Source: an uncultured delta proteobacterium (GTDB lineage Bacteria > Desulfobacterota > Desulfuromonadia > Desulfuromonadales > BM103). From it: a stretch of DNA of 64,000 bases. Below are positions 1-9,705 of this stretch, piece after piece. The notes beneath the pieces are model-generated. The model ran no database searches and was not told the origin of the DNA. It worked only from the letters and a program-made list of their open reading frames with translations. Both the position numbers and the translations under genes were made by a program. Location: positions 1 to 64,000 of the forward strand of contig CAVQRZ010000019.1 in assembly GCA_963715335.1 (NCBI GenBank). Reading direction: 5' to 3'. Position 1 is the stretch's first letter. Every line of letters starts with the position of its first letter.

Positions 1-10
1 GACTTATAAG

Positions 11-42
11 AAAAGCCCCCGATCCGAAGATTGAGGGCTTTC
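11..42. terminator. Probable intrinsic terminator downstream of the 91-609 gene
   Basis: AAAGCCCCC...GAGGGCTTT imperfect stem with A-tract on the left (U-tract on the - strand). Confidence 0.55.
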
Positions 43-90
43 GTGTTTATAGATGCTGAAACCATAAAACCGCAGGGAAAACACCACTCG

Positions 91-609
91 TCACGGTTTC
101 TTTTCCCCCTCTTTTTTGTTTCTCTCCCACCAACGAGTCTTACGTTCTCCATCCTCATCACGCTCCTTGGAACGCTCTTCATAGCGCTTACGCTTCTTGT
201 CATCATCGTCGTCATCAGATGACTCGTCAGAGCTGGTTGCGGCCTCATCTTCACCGTTGGTCTTCTTGTCCTTCTTCGACTTCTCTTTACCTTCCTTAGA
301 ACCGTCCTCTTCGCTCGTTTCTATATCGTTGTCATCCTTTTTGCCTTTAGATTTTTTACCTTTATCCTTTTTATTTGACTTCTTGTCCTTGTCGTCATCG
401 TATTCATCATCGTCGCCATTCTTGCCCTTACCCTTCTCCCAATCATCGCCCCGCTTGAACTTTGCATTATCAGATGCATGCTCATAAGCGGATTCGCTCG
501 GGCTCGGGCCCTTCCCCTCGCCGCCGCCTTTCTTGTCGTTCTTGGCTAGCGTAGTACCTGTTCCGATTGCAAAGAGCAGAACCAGCAAGATGCAGAGTAT
601 TCTGTACAT
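91..609 (-). CDS. Secreted low-complexity, highly charged (K/D/E/G/S) hypothetical protein
   Basis: 172 aa ORF; hydrophobic signal peptide MYRILCILLVLLFAIGTGTTLA; remainder acidic/basic low complexity. Confidence 0.7.
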   Translation of the reverse strand: MYRILCILLVLLFAIGTGTTLAKNDKKGGGEGKGPSPSESAYEHASDNAKFKRGDDWEKGKGKNGDDDEYDDDKDKKSNKKDKGKKSKGKKDDNDIETSEEDGSKEGKEKSKKDKKTNGEDEAATSSDESSDDDDDDKKRKRYEERSKERDEDGERKTRWWERNKKEGEKKP

Positions 610-840
610 GGAAACTTCCTTTATGTTGGGGGTTAGCTATAGCTCGTGTTTTTATTTAATCAGAATGTAGCTAGTTTGCAAGGTGTGAGGAGAATGTAAG
701 GCTCAACGGCCCCAGGCATTGTCAGCATGAATAAAATGGCCACGCGATTTGATCGCGGGGTGGCCATGAATCTGCGGTTTAAAAAACTTTTTAAATATCT
801 CTATCAATAAGAAGCCCTTTTTTGTCTCGCCAGTCGTGGA

Positions 841-1236
841 TTATAATCCACCCAGATGAACTGTCGCCCTTCCAGAAGGATAAATAATGTACATTAATTT
901 GACGGGGCGTTTGTCTTCTGCAACGGATTGGTCATAAGGAAGGTCCAAAGTAACTTTCCAACCAAGACCATCTCCATCCCTCCAATGAACAAATGCATGC
1001 TCGGCTAACATTGGATTTCCCATTGAAGATAGTCCTATTTCTAAAGCCTCCCCGGGAAGAATAGCATTGACGGAACCAAATTTTTTCGTTGGTTCATGGC
1101 TAATTCTAACATCTGTTATCTTGCTAGTTGTAGCATTCTTCACAAGAACTCGATCAACTATGACAGGCGGCTTTGCACATGCCATCAAAGAGAGAACAAA
1201 TGAAAACACGACAAGGCACGAGACAAATTTTTTCAT
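841..1236 (-). CDS. Hypothetical lipoprotein
   Basis: 131 aa; MKK + hydrophobic stretch + lipobox LMAC. Confidence 0.7.
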   Translation of the reverse strand: MKKFVSCLVVFSFVLSLMACAKPPVIVDRVLVKNATTSKITDVRISHEPTKKFGSVNAILPGEALEIGLSSMGNPMLAEHAFVHWRDGDGLGWKVTLDLPYDQSVAEDKRPVKLMYIIYPSGRATVHLGGL

Positions 1237-1396
1237 TATAAAAATCCTTAGTCTGAAGATAGCTTCTTTAATATTGTGAGTTTTGACGTTTATTTTAGTC
1301 TAGCGTTGAGTTCAAAGGAATAAGTCTCCTTCAAATCCTGCATTCTAGGAACAGAAAACCATTCTGCAAGTGACGTTTGATAGAAGAAAAATGAAC

Positions 1397-2560
1397 TCAA
1401 GGGTTATCGATGCGACTTCCAACTGGTTGGATAATCAGATGATCACCGGGATGTATCGGGCTATTGATGTCAATACGATTCCATATCAGGATTGCAGCTA
1501 AGGGGACCTGAAAACTTTCAGCAATGGTGGAGAGATTATCACCGGGCTGAACAATGTAGATTTGCTCCTGCCTCTGCTGACTCCATTCCTGATGCAATTT
1601 ATCAAAACGCTTTTGAAACCCAGGTGGCGTGTTTTCTGGGACTGCCAGTTTATAAACTCCGGCCGCCAGATAGTGGCCCCGCAACTCGGGGTTTAAATCC
1701 TTAATTCTTTTGAAATAGGTCTGTGCTGCTTGTGCTACCACCGTCAGACTGGTTTCCTCGTAGCAGGTCAATTCGACGGTAGTAAATCTGATGGGAGGAT
1801 AATAATCCTTTTCTTTCAAGTGAAAGCCGTAACGCTCCGGATTTTCAAGAATCAATTTGGCCGAAAGAACTCGGAACAGGTACCTCTGTGTTTCTAACGG
1901 TAAGTAGAGACGGTAGAAGTTGCTGACACCTTGGGCTAGGATTTCTGCCTGCAAACCTTGCTCTCCCATATTATATGCTGCTGCGGCCAGGCTCCAAGAT
2001 CCAAACTCTTCGTATAACATGGAGAAATAACCTGCTGCAGCTTTGGTGGATGCTGACAGACTTCTTCGCTGATCGATTTGGTCGTTGATGGTCAATCCAT
2101 AAAGGCGGCCTGTCTCTGGTAAAAACTGCCAAAAACCGATAGCCCCTTTCGGTGACCCGACGTGCGGTCGCAAGGCGCTTTCAGCAAGTGCGATATATTT
2201 CAGATCATCGGGTAACCCAGCCTGGGAAAGCATAGCTTCGATAGCAGGAAGATAGCGAGTGGATCGCTTCAGCCATAAAATAGCTTGATCTCGATCCCAG
2301 AGAGAAATCAGGAGTTCCTTTTCCATCCGCTCCCGCACTTCAGAATCTTCCATGGGGACAGACTCACCGCAGAAAGATAATTTTTGTTCAAACCGTATGC
2401 TTTCGGACAAAGGTGGGATCGTATCTTCCTGACCTGAAGCAAGTGTGGTCCCATCGAAAACCAAACCAGTCACTAGACACCCCACAACTAATAAACGAAA
2501 AAACATGATTTTCGATAAATCAAGAAATTTAGAATGGGAAAGGGTCTTATAATAACGCAT
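1397..2560 (-). CDS. Lytic murein transglycosylase (MltD-like SLT domain + C-terminal LysM)
   Basis: ALAES catalytic Glu, GAIGFWQF, AAYNMGE, LPLETQRY motifs; LysM YIVQPGDNLSTIA; start codon uncertain. Confidence 0.85.
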   Translation of the reverse strand: MRYYKTLSHSKFLDLSKIMFFRLLVVGCLVTGLVFDGTTLASGQEDTIPPLSESIRFEQKLSFCGESVPMEDSEVRERMEKELLISLWDRDQAILWLKRSTRYLPAIEAMLSQAGLPDDLKYIALAESALRPHVGSPKGAIGFWQFLPETGRLYGLTINDQIDQRRSLSASTKAAAGYFSMLYEEFGSWSLAAAAYNMGEQGLQAEILAQGVSNFYRLYLPLETQRYLFRVLSAKLILENPERYGFHLKEKDYYPPIRFTTVELTCYEETSLTVVAQAAQTYFKRIKDLNPELRGHYLAAGVYKLAVPENTPPGFQKRFDKLHQEWSQQRQEQIYIVQPGDNLSTIAESFQVPLAAILIWNRIDINSPIHPGDHLIIQPVGSRIDNP

Positions 2561-2833
2561 TTGTAACGCGGTAAATCCTAAGGGCAGATTCTTGAATTGC
2601 GTGCAAAACAGCTAGAGATAATTATACCCAGATGGGAGTGTAGGTCAAAGGCGTGGGGTTCTTATTTATCCTCCCGAAATGTTCGCAGGAAGAGAAATTG
2701 GGCCAAATGTGTAATTACTACTAACCCTGACAAATAACGAAAGGCCACCTGTTTCCAGGGGGCCATCATTTTGTCGTCTTCAATTTCTATCAATCAGAAT
2801 CTAAACCCCATTATTTAAAACGATAGTTATTGG

Positions 2834-3847
2834 CTATTCATTTTCCATACTTGATTTATAACGCCCCTTGCGAGCTAGGCTATTTAGGCGAGCTCGTTTT
2901 AGCAGAGCGATTTCTGCTGCCACAACATTTCCTGGTTTACCTTGCCAGGCAACCAGCACCGGTTGTTGCAATGCACGTCCATAAGAAATACTTAGCTTCC
3001 AGGGGCCGCCAATCTGGTTAACGGCATTCAAGTTAATGGTCGCTTCTTCAGGACTCTGGCCACCCGATAAAAAATTGATGCTGGGAACGGCTGCGGGTAC
3101 TACTCTTCGGAATACTCGTATGGTCGCTTCTGCAATCTCATTAGGGTTTGCGGTCCGGCAATCTTTACCAGGTAACACCATGTTGGGCTTCAGAATCATA
3201 TGTTCGAGCGTCACCCCGTATTGCCTTAGCGCCTGGAACACAGCGAATAAAACCTGCTCGGTGACTTCTTCACAGCGATTAATGTCATGTTCTCCATCCA
3301 TCAGCACTTCAGGTTCGACAATCGGGACAACACCCTGTTCCTGACAGATGGCGGCGTAATGTGCCAGTCTTTCGGCATTAGCGTGTATGCCCAACCGAGT
3401 TGGATTAGTGGTTGTAATGGGGTAAACCTCTCGCCACTTGGCAAAGCGCGCACCCTGGTCGATATAAGTCTTTAACCGGTCACTGAGACCGTCTAGGCCC
3501 TTGGTCACGAGATCGCCGGGCGAGCCTGCTAGCGGTTCTGTGCCTTTGTCAACCTTGATGCCGGGAACAATCTTCTGGCTCCATGCGACCTCCGCAAGCG
3601 GTGTGCCCGCGGCATTTTTCTGGCCAAGGGTTTCTTCAAACAGGATGACACCGCTAATGAACTTTCCTAGCCCAGGTGTTTCAAGTAATAAAGTGCGATA
3701 TGTGCGTCGGTTGTCTTCGTTTGGTTCTAGGTTGATATCGTCGAAACGTTTCTTAATGGTTGGCGCGCTTTCGTCCGCCGCGAGTATGCCGCGATGGTCA
3801 TCAACCATGTCATTAATGGTTTGTTGCATCCTTTGACTTGTTTTCAT
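2834..3847 (-). CDS. fba: Fructose-bisphosphate aldolase class I (eukaryote-type glycolytic family)
   Basis: GILAADES, GIKVDKG, FAKWR, VPIVEPEV, ILKPNMV (Schiff-base Lys), FLSGGQS, SYGRALQ. Confidence 0.93.
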   Translation of the reverse strand: MKTSQRMQQTINDMVDDHRGILAADESAPTIKKRFDDINLEPNEDNRRTYRTLLLETPGLGKFISGVILFEETLGQKNAAGTPLAEVAWSQKIVPGIKVDKGTEPLAGSPGDLVTKGLDGLSDRLKTYIDQGARFAKWREVYPITTTNPTRLGIHANAERLAHYAAICQEQGVVPIVEPEVLMDGEHDINRCEEVTEQVLFAVFQALRQYGVTLEHMILKPNMVLPGKDCRTANPNEIAEATIRVFRRVVPAAVPSINFLSGGQSPEEATINLNAVNQIGGPWKLSISYGRALQQPVLVAWQGKPGNVVAAEIALLKRARLNSLARKGRYKSSMENE

Positions 3848-4150
3848 GATTTGCCACCTCCGAGTAATTAAGTATACCTGAATGATGGAAATTTACCTTT
3901 GATGAGCTGGTGCAATTCAGGCGTGGCGAGCTAAAAACTGTGATTATCCTGAGTGGCAATGCTCTGGATATTCTCTGGGAGGGAGTGTGTTATTTATCAT
4001 CCTGCATTGCTGTGGTGAGCGCAGATTGGCCGAAATGCGAAATTCTTGCTGCCTCTGACTCCTGAGATTCAATACGATCTTTCGATTTTGGCGTTGAACC
4101 CACTGAGCCTAGAAATTTATTTTTCACCAGTAGATTCCAAATACCCAAAT

Positions 4151-4180
4151 AAAAAAGGCACCCGCGTCAGCGGGTGCCTT
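4151..4180 (-). terminator. Intrinsic terminator of the NapC/NirT cytochrome gene
   Basis: AAAGGCACCCGC-GTCA-GCGGGTGCCTTT perfect stem, A-tract upstream, about 25 nt past the stop. Confidence 0.8.
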
Positions 4181-4203
4181 TGGTACAGATATTGACGACA
4201 GTT

Positions 4204-5367
4204 TTACCAGACCGAGTCGAGCTGTAACAGGGCTTTCTTTAGATCGGCCTCGACAGTGTCGAGAATGGCGACGGCGTACTCACTGTTATGAACACCGTTG
4301 GTGCCGTCGTTGCGTACGAAATTGAGATTTCGCAGCGCTCTTTCGTAGATAATCCAGACTTCAGCCGTGTCGCGCTTTGCGGCATCAGCATCAGCCAGTT
4401 CGGCTTCGACATCAATGCGTAGGGACTTAAGCTCCTCGATCCGCGCCTTGGTGGTTTCTGCCCACTCGTCAAACACGTCAACGTAAGCCTTGTCTTCATG
4501 GCAATCGGTGCAGGTGGATGAAGATGGACGGAAAACCCCTTTGGTAATGCCGGTGTGACAGTCGGTGCAGACCATGTCGGCGGCATCGCCGTACATCAAA
4601 CTGGGCACGTCCTCTACGCCTTCAACCCCGGTGCCTTCGTTCATCGCGACCTGGGCCTCGTGACAGACGCTGCAGTCTGTCATTTGCGGAGCATCATCCG
4701 GCGCATCGGCATGGCAGGTGAGGCAGAAGTTCATGCGATCGGTTGCGGTGGCCGGGTTATGCACGATGCCGAAATGACAGTCGCGGCAGGTCAGATCGAA
4801 GTCTTCAATGTGCAGGCTGTGGTTAAAGTGAGTGCCGCCGACAAAGTCGTCGGTCATTATGTCCGCTAGACCCTTGCGTTCGCGGAAGTCCGGGTTGATC
4901 ACGTCGTCCAGCATCCGCATGTTGACAAGCTTCATCGGGCCCTTCGTGGTTTCGCGAACCGTCCTGTTCCCCTCGTCAGAATGGCAATAGAGGCAGTGCC
5001 AGGACGGGACCAGGTCCTTATGCGGGTTGGAAAGGATCTCAAGCTTCTCTTCCTTGGAGATTGTCAGCTGCATGTAGGTGTCTTTCAAGCCACCCAGTTT
5101 GGCTTTCATGTAACCGACCACACCAGGGCGACCGTGGCAATCGAGACAGGAGACGCCAGCGTCACCGTGAGCCGAGTGTTCCCATGAATCAACTTCAGCC
5201 AGAGGACCAAAACCCTGGGCCGGGTGGCAGAGATGACAAAATTCCGGCTCAGAAGTCATGTGAAGAATCTGGACGTTGATGAAGCCAAACACCACGACAA
5301 ACAACACCGCAACGATGGTAAAGATGACAATGTGTCGTTTACACCAGTCAAATACGTTTTTCAGCAT
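4204..5367 (-). CDS. Membrane-anchored octaheme NapC/NirT-family cytochrome c
   Basis: N-terminal TM helix, TSEPEFCHLCH NapC signature, 8 CxxCH motifs, C-terminal helical region with DGTNGVHN; start at MLKNV with GAGGTG RBS. Confidence 0.85.
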   Translation of the reverse strand: MLKNVFDWCKRHIVIFTIVAVLFVVVFGFINVQILHMTSEPEFCHLCHPAQGFGPLAEVDSWEHSAHGDAGVSCLDCHGRPGVVGYMKAKLGGLKDTYMQLTISKEEKLEILSNPHKDLVPSWHCLYCHSDEGNRTVRETTKGPMKLVNMRMLDDVINPDFRERKGLADIMTDDFVGGTHFNHSLHIEDFDLTCRDCHFGIVHNPATATDRMNFCLTCHADAPDDAPQMTDCSVCHEAQVAMNEGTGVEGVEDVPSLMYGDAADMVCTDCHTGITKGVFRPSSSTCTDCHEDKAYVDVFDEWAETTKARIEELKSLRIDVEAELADADAAKRDTAEVWIIYERALRNLNFVRNDGTNGVHNSEYAVAILDTVEADLKKALLQLDSVW

Positions 5368-5444
5368 GATCTGCACCTCTTTTTTAATATTCGCTAATGC
5401 TTTTGTTGCGATCCGGGAAGGATTAAATTCCCGCAAGCCACCGT

Positions 5445-5498
5445 ATAATACACATTTTACGAATCAATGCAACAGAAAGCTGTGCATACTGTATACAC
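5445..5498 (-). promoter_or_regulatory. Putative sigma70 promoter (TTGCAT-16-TATTAT) with upstream GTGTATACAGTAT motif
   Basis: -35 at 5467-5472, -10 at 5445-5450 on the - strand; the 13-mer at 5486-5498 recurs at 7589-7601. Confidence 0.5.
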
Positions 5499-5546
5499 AT
5501 TAAGTGGGGTCTGACTACGATCAGAGGAAAGTCGCTGAGAGCAAAA

Positions 5547-5575
5547 GAAAAGGGGCTGCCGTTTGGCAGCCCCTG
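5547..5575. terminator. Intrinsic terminator after cbcL
   Basis: AGGGGCTGCC-GTTT-GGCAGCCCCT stem with flanking A-tract. Confidence 0.8.
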
Positions 5576-5605
5576 AAAAAATCAGACAGTTCAAGTCGTT
5601 TGTTG

Positions 5606-7468
5606 CTAGTGGCCACTACCTCCCATGAAGGCAAAGATCATCAGGAACAGGCACGCTAAACCGGTAAAGAGTGCGATGTATCCAAAGGCTTTGAAGCAGA
5701 AGTCATAAACCGGGCCGCTGACTTTCTTGCAGGCGAAATCCTCGGTAATGCCCTGTTCTTCGTAGCGGCGCCACTGGTCGCCACGTTCTTCAAGGAATTC
5801 TTCCTTGGGCAACTGGCCGTTGAAGATGACAAAGTCCATCGGGAATTTCTCCGGTCGGCCGTGGGTATTGAAAAAATGCACGGTGAAGATAAAACCGGTT
5901 GCCAGTAGGGCTTCGTCCGAATGGATGATCGTCGCGACGTTGAACGCCCAGCCCGGCAGGAAGTAGCCGAAGAGCTCAGGGAACCAGAGCATCAGCCCTG
6001 AGCCGCCGATGGCAAACATACCCCAGAAGACCGCGAGGAAGTCGAATTTTTCCCAGTAAGTCCAGCGTTCGAAGGTGGGCTTCGGCCCCAGGAACAGGAA
6101 CCAGCGCACCATACCTGTCACGTCGCGAATGTCGCGCAGGTTCGGGCAGAGGGAGTCGGGGCCGAACAGGCGGGTGAGCCACATGTCCCCCGGAGTCCGC
6201 TTCTTCTGCAGGAAGAGGAAGTCGAAACTCAAAATGAGTGCGGAAACGAAGTAGTAGAACGTCAGGACCGCACAGCCACGATGGATCAGGCCTGCGTAGT
6301 AGGTCCCGCCGAAGAAGTCCATCATCCCCATGGCCCAGCGCTGATCGGCGAACTTCAGTGGTAGACCGGTCAGAGTCAGACCAAGGAAGCTGATGATAAC
6401 GGTCAGGTGCAGGAAGATGTGCCGTGGCTTGAAGCGCACGTATTGCTTGTGGGGTTCGCTGATATGGTGCTCGCCTTCACCTTTATGGTGAGATGCAATT
6501 TTTTCGCGGTTTTCAACGAAACCGCGGATCATCCAGAGCAGGGTATGAATCCAGAAAACCGCAAAGGTACATACCAGCAGGCCGGTCATGCAGACAAAAG
6601 TCCAATAAAGGATCGGAAAGTTGTCGCGATCGTGCATGTCGCCATGTGAATAGAACTTGGAAAACAGCGCGGTAGCACTCGGGTGGCACTGGGCGCAGGT
6701 TCCGGTCAGGTTTGCATCGTTGACACTTGATTGTGGATCGTCTTTCGGCAGCACGTTATGCGCTGTGTGGCAGTCGGAGCATCCCGCTACCTTGTCGGGC
6801 GAGCCGAGTCGGAAGTTTTTGCCGTGGTAGCTGTCCATGTAGGTGCCAACAGCCACACTGAACACGCCGTTGCGTGCCATCATCTCTTCGTCAGCATGGC
6901 ACTTGAGACAGACCTTTGTGTGGAACTCGCGGTTGACGTGACTGCCAGGTTCGCCAAGCGGCTCAATCTTGTGCAGGTCGTGGCAGTCGTGACACGCTGC
7001 TGAATCCTGGTTGCCGGCTTTGACCGCTTTGCCGTGGACGGAGTCAAGATAGTCCTCATGGTCATCATGGCAGCCTGTGCACTTGGCGATGACCTTAACC
7101 TTGTCATTCTTCCAGTAGGTGTGAGTATGAATGTCTTCGTGACAAGCAGCACAGCTGACATCGTTGAGCTGATGCACGCTGGAGTAGTGCTCAGCGGTCT
7201 CTTTTTTGTGACAGCGAACGCATTTCGGTTCCTCGGGCATGACTTCGCCCGATATGTGTGAGTCAAGCGAGGTCACTTCAACGTGGCAGCTGGTGCAGGC
7301 ATTTGTGCCATGCACTGATGCGCCGTAGGCAACCGGAGACACCACGTCATCATGACATTCCAGGCAGACCTCGGGAGCAATGGCCATGCCGCTGTCTGCC
7401 TGAACCGGAATGGCAGGCAATAACAGGGCTAAGGCCAGCGTGAAAAAGGCAAGAGTTCGGCAGTTCAT
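5606..7468 (-). CDS. cbcL: CbcL-type inner-membrane bc cytochrome: periplasmic 9-heme c domain + FdnI/HydC-like cytochrome b
   Basis: Signal peptide; 9 CxxCH; C-terminal TM helices with His ligands (IFLHL, LIHRG, IIHSDEALLA, TVHFF), TYWEKFDF; same architecture as Geobacter CbcL. Confidence 0.88.
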   Translation of the reverse strand: MNCRTLAFFTLALALLLPAIPVQADSGMAIAPEVCLECHDDVVSPVAYGASVHGTNACTSCHVEVTSLDSHISGEVMPEEPKCVRCHKKETAEHYSSVHQLNDVSCAACHEDIHTHTYWKNDKVKVIAKCTGCHDDHEDYLDSVHGKAVKAGNQDSAACHDCHDLHKIEPLGEPGSHVNREFHTKVCLKCHADEEMMARNGVFSVAVGTYMDSYHGKNFRLGSPDKVAGCSDCHTAHNVLPKDDPQSSVNDANLTGTCAQCHPSATALFSKFYSHGDMHDRDNFPILYWTFVCMTGLLVCTFAVFWIHTLLWMIRGFVENREKIASHHKGEGEHHISEPHKQYVRFKPRHIFLHLTVIISFLGLTLTGLPLKFADQRWAMGMMDFFGGTYYAGLIHRGCAVLTFYYFVSALILSFDFLFLQKKRTPGDMWLTRLFGPDSLCPNLRDIRDVTGMVRWFLFLGPKPTFERWTYWEKFDFLAVFWGMFAIGGSGLMLWFPELFGYFLPGWAFNVATIIHSDEALLATGFIFTVHFFNTHGRPEKFPMDFVIFNGQLPKEEFLEERGDQWRRYEEQGITEDFACKKVSGPVYDFCFKAFGYIALFTGLACLFLMIFAFMGGSGH

Positions 7469-7748
7469 TGATTGGGCCTCCTGATGGTGCAATTTGGTTC
7501 TCAGCTGATTTGGTCCCGGAAATGCGAATTTTCAGTGTATGAAAAACAGAAAAAAATTAATAAATTAATAGTGTTGCGATAATACGTAGTGTATACAGTA
7601 TAAGATTAAAAAGGGTTTATCATAGGCAGGATTAAAAGTCAATCGTGAAAATTGTCTAAGGTATACTTTTTATATACACCGCTTAAGGACTTGCAAGGTA
7701 AAATCGGAACGCATAGTATGCCGCAACAATCATGTTGATAGCGGGAGC

Positions 7749-7985
7749 GTGAAAATGAGTCGTTGGCGCGGGTTGATCTGGGCGGTCCTGGCCCTGAGCT
7801 TATACATCATTGGCGGTCTGCTGATCATGGGTGGACTGATCCTGATCGGGATTCTTGGCACCCAGGATCTGTGGGGCTGGGGTGAGGCCCGCGGGATCGG
7901 TTACATGGCTTTCGGCAGCGGCATTTTCCTGTCAGTCTTTGGTGTTATGATCATGCGCTTCATGCGCAACCGGGGAGTGGCTTAA
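7749..7985 (+). CDS. Small membrane protein (2 TM)
   Basis: 78 aa, two hydrophobic helices, GGGAG RBS. Confidence 0.65.
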   Translation: MKMSRWRGLIWAVLALSLYIIGGLLIMGGLILIGILGTQDLWGWGEARGIGYMAFGSGIFLSVFGVMIMRFMRNRGVA

Positions 7986-8118
7986 GGGGCGGCAAGTTGC
8001 ACCCGAAGGCATAGGACCTCTGAGGTAGTAAGAGTAAAATGAAAAGGTCAGCATTGATGTTTAGAAGGGCAACAGATGGTTAATCTTTTGCCTTTTTCCA
8101 ATCGGGGAATTCAAGGAC

Positions 8119-8198
8119 AAAAGCAGAATCCGGGGGTCGCGCCCCCCGACTGCGCCTTACTCTTTTGCTGGCCCAAAAGAGTAAGCAGAAAATGGCCT
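8119..8198 (+). repeat. Structured intergenic repeat, copy 1
   Basis: AAAAGCAGAA + GC hairpin with TCGCG loop + TTACTCTTTTG/CAAAAGAGTAA hairpin; aligns with the reverse complement of 8469-8543. Confidence 0.75.
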
Positions 8199-8468
8199 GG
8201 CGCTGCGCTGGGCATGTCTGGTGCGTCAACGCTGCAACCTTAATATAGATAATTCTGATCGACTAACAGTACAGGTTTCCCCCGCAGGAGCCGAGGCTCT
8301 TGAGAGCCTCTCCTGCTGTGGAGGGTTGCCATGATTGTCATTTTCTTTAGGCTTTTCCCTTGTAGATACATAGAAAGGTCAGGCCCTTTGACACAGGGCC
8401 GGATCCCCATCACAGCAGGTTCTTGAAGTCACAGAACCCCGGCAAAGGAGATGCCCTCCGCAAGGAGC

Positions 8469-8543
8469 AGGCACTTTTGCATACTTTTGTTGCCAGACAA
8501 AAGTATGGCGTCTGGCGGGACGCGACCCGCCGGTTCTGCTTTT
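8469..8543 (-). repeat. Structured intergenic repeat, copy 2 (inverted)
   Basis: Reverse complement reads AAAAGCAGAACCGGCGGGTCGCGTCCCGCCAGACGCCATACTTTTGTCTGGCAACAAAAGTATGCAAAAGTGCCT. Confidence 0.75.
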
Positions 8544-8574
8544 AAGAATCTCAAGACAGAAACCACCTGCCAGG

Positions 8575-8610
8575 AAAAAAAACAAACCCCGCATTTCGTG
8601 CGGGGTTTGT
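8575..8610 (-). terminator. Intrinsic terminator of the atpZIBE operon
   Basis: ACAAACCCCGCA-TTTCG-TGCGGGGTTTGT stem with A-tract on the left. Confidence 0.8.
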
Positions 8611-8674
8611 CAACAATCTGAGGGAGAAGCCGATATGGCTGCTGCCTTTTTCTTTTTACAAAATTAAGATCGAC

Positions 8675-8941
8675 TTATTTGCTGAGCATCTGCACAACAG
8701 TGTCGGTGAAAGGGTTGGCGAAGAGGATGATCATGGCAACAACGAGGCAGTAGATTGCCAGGGACTCGATCATCGCCAGACCGACCAGCATGACGGTCAT
8801 GATCTTGCCGCTTGCTCCCGGGTTGCGGGCAACGCCTTCAACAGCCTTTGAAATAGCCACGCCCTGGCCGATACCGGTACCGAAAGAACCAAGACCCATG
8901 CCGACAGCGGCAGCCATTACACACCAAGCAAAATACTCCAT
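8675..8941 (-). CDS. atpE: ATP synthase F0 subunit c
   Basis: GIGQG, ARNP loop, AMIESLAIY carboxylate. Confidence 0.96.
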   Translation of the reverse strand: MEYFAWCVMAAAVGMGLGSFGTGIGQGVAISKAVEGVARNPGASGKIMTVMLVGLAMIESLAIYCLVVAMIILFANPFTDTVVQMLSK

Positions 8942-9013
8942 GGTTTTACTCCTTAAACTAAGTAGTGATCGATTTTCCTATACGATATAGGACGCAAGCA
9001 CGGACATCCGTGC

Positions 9014-9688
9014 TTAGTGAGCTTCTTCGAGTGAGCCGGCAATGTAAATCATTGCCAACAGCATGAATACAAACGTCTGGATGAACGCAACCAGGACCCC
9101 CATCAGCATCAATGGCAGCGGGAGCAGGAAAGGCACCAGGGTAAAGAAAATCATCAGCACGATTTCATGGCCGAACATGTTACCGAACAGACGCAGGGTC
9201 AGCGATAAGGGGCGCGCCAGGTGACCGACGATCTCGATCGGAATCATCAATGGCGCCAGCCAGGCAATCGGGCCACAGAAGTGTTTAAAATAACCTATGC
9301 CATGTTCTTTGACGCCAACGATATGCGTCATGGCAAAGACTGTCAGAGCTATGGCGGCATTGGTGTTCAGGTTGGCGGTCGGCGGAAAGAAGCCCGGGAT
9401 CAGAGCGATCAGGTTCGAAACCAGGATAAAGAAGGCAATGGTGGCGATCAGGGGAAAGTAAGCCTTGCCCTTGGGGCCCATGGTCTCCTCGATCATATTC
9501 TCAATGCTGTCTACGATCAGCTCAAGGAAATTCTGCAGGCCGGTCGGGACCGTCTTGATGTTGCGTTTGACCAGAACGGAGACCAGAATCAGCAGGGCCA
9601 TGACCAGCCAGGTGTAGGTGACATGGTTGCCGATGTGCAAGTGCAGTTGTTGCTCGAGCCACTCAAAGAAAATGAAAGGATGTATCAT
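9014..9688 (-). CDS. atpB: ATP synthase F0 subunit a
   Basis: [36 protein letters not shown]. Confidence 0.96.
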   Translation of the reverse strand: MIHPFIFFEWLEQQLHLHIGNHVTYTWLVMALLILVSVLVKRNIKTVPTGLQNFLELIVDSIENMIEETMGPKGKAYFPLIATIAFFILVSNLIALIPGFFPPTANLNTNAAIALTVFAMTHIVGVKEHGIGYFKHFCGPIAWLAPLMIPIEIVGHLARPLSLTLRLFGNMFGHEIVLMIFFTLVPFLLPLPLMLMGVLVAFIQTFVFMLLAMIYIAGSLEEAH

Positions 9689-9705
9689 GTCTCAGAAGCC
9701 TCCTC

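Noticed and set aside
700..1300. Integron cassette around the AT-rich lipoprotein gene
   Set aside because: No attC-like RYYYAAC...GTTRRRY structure and no integrase
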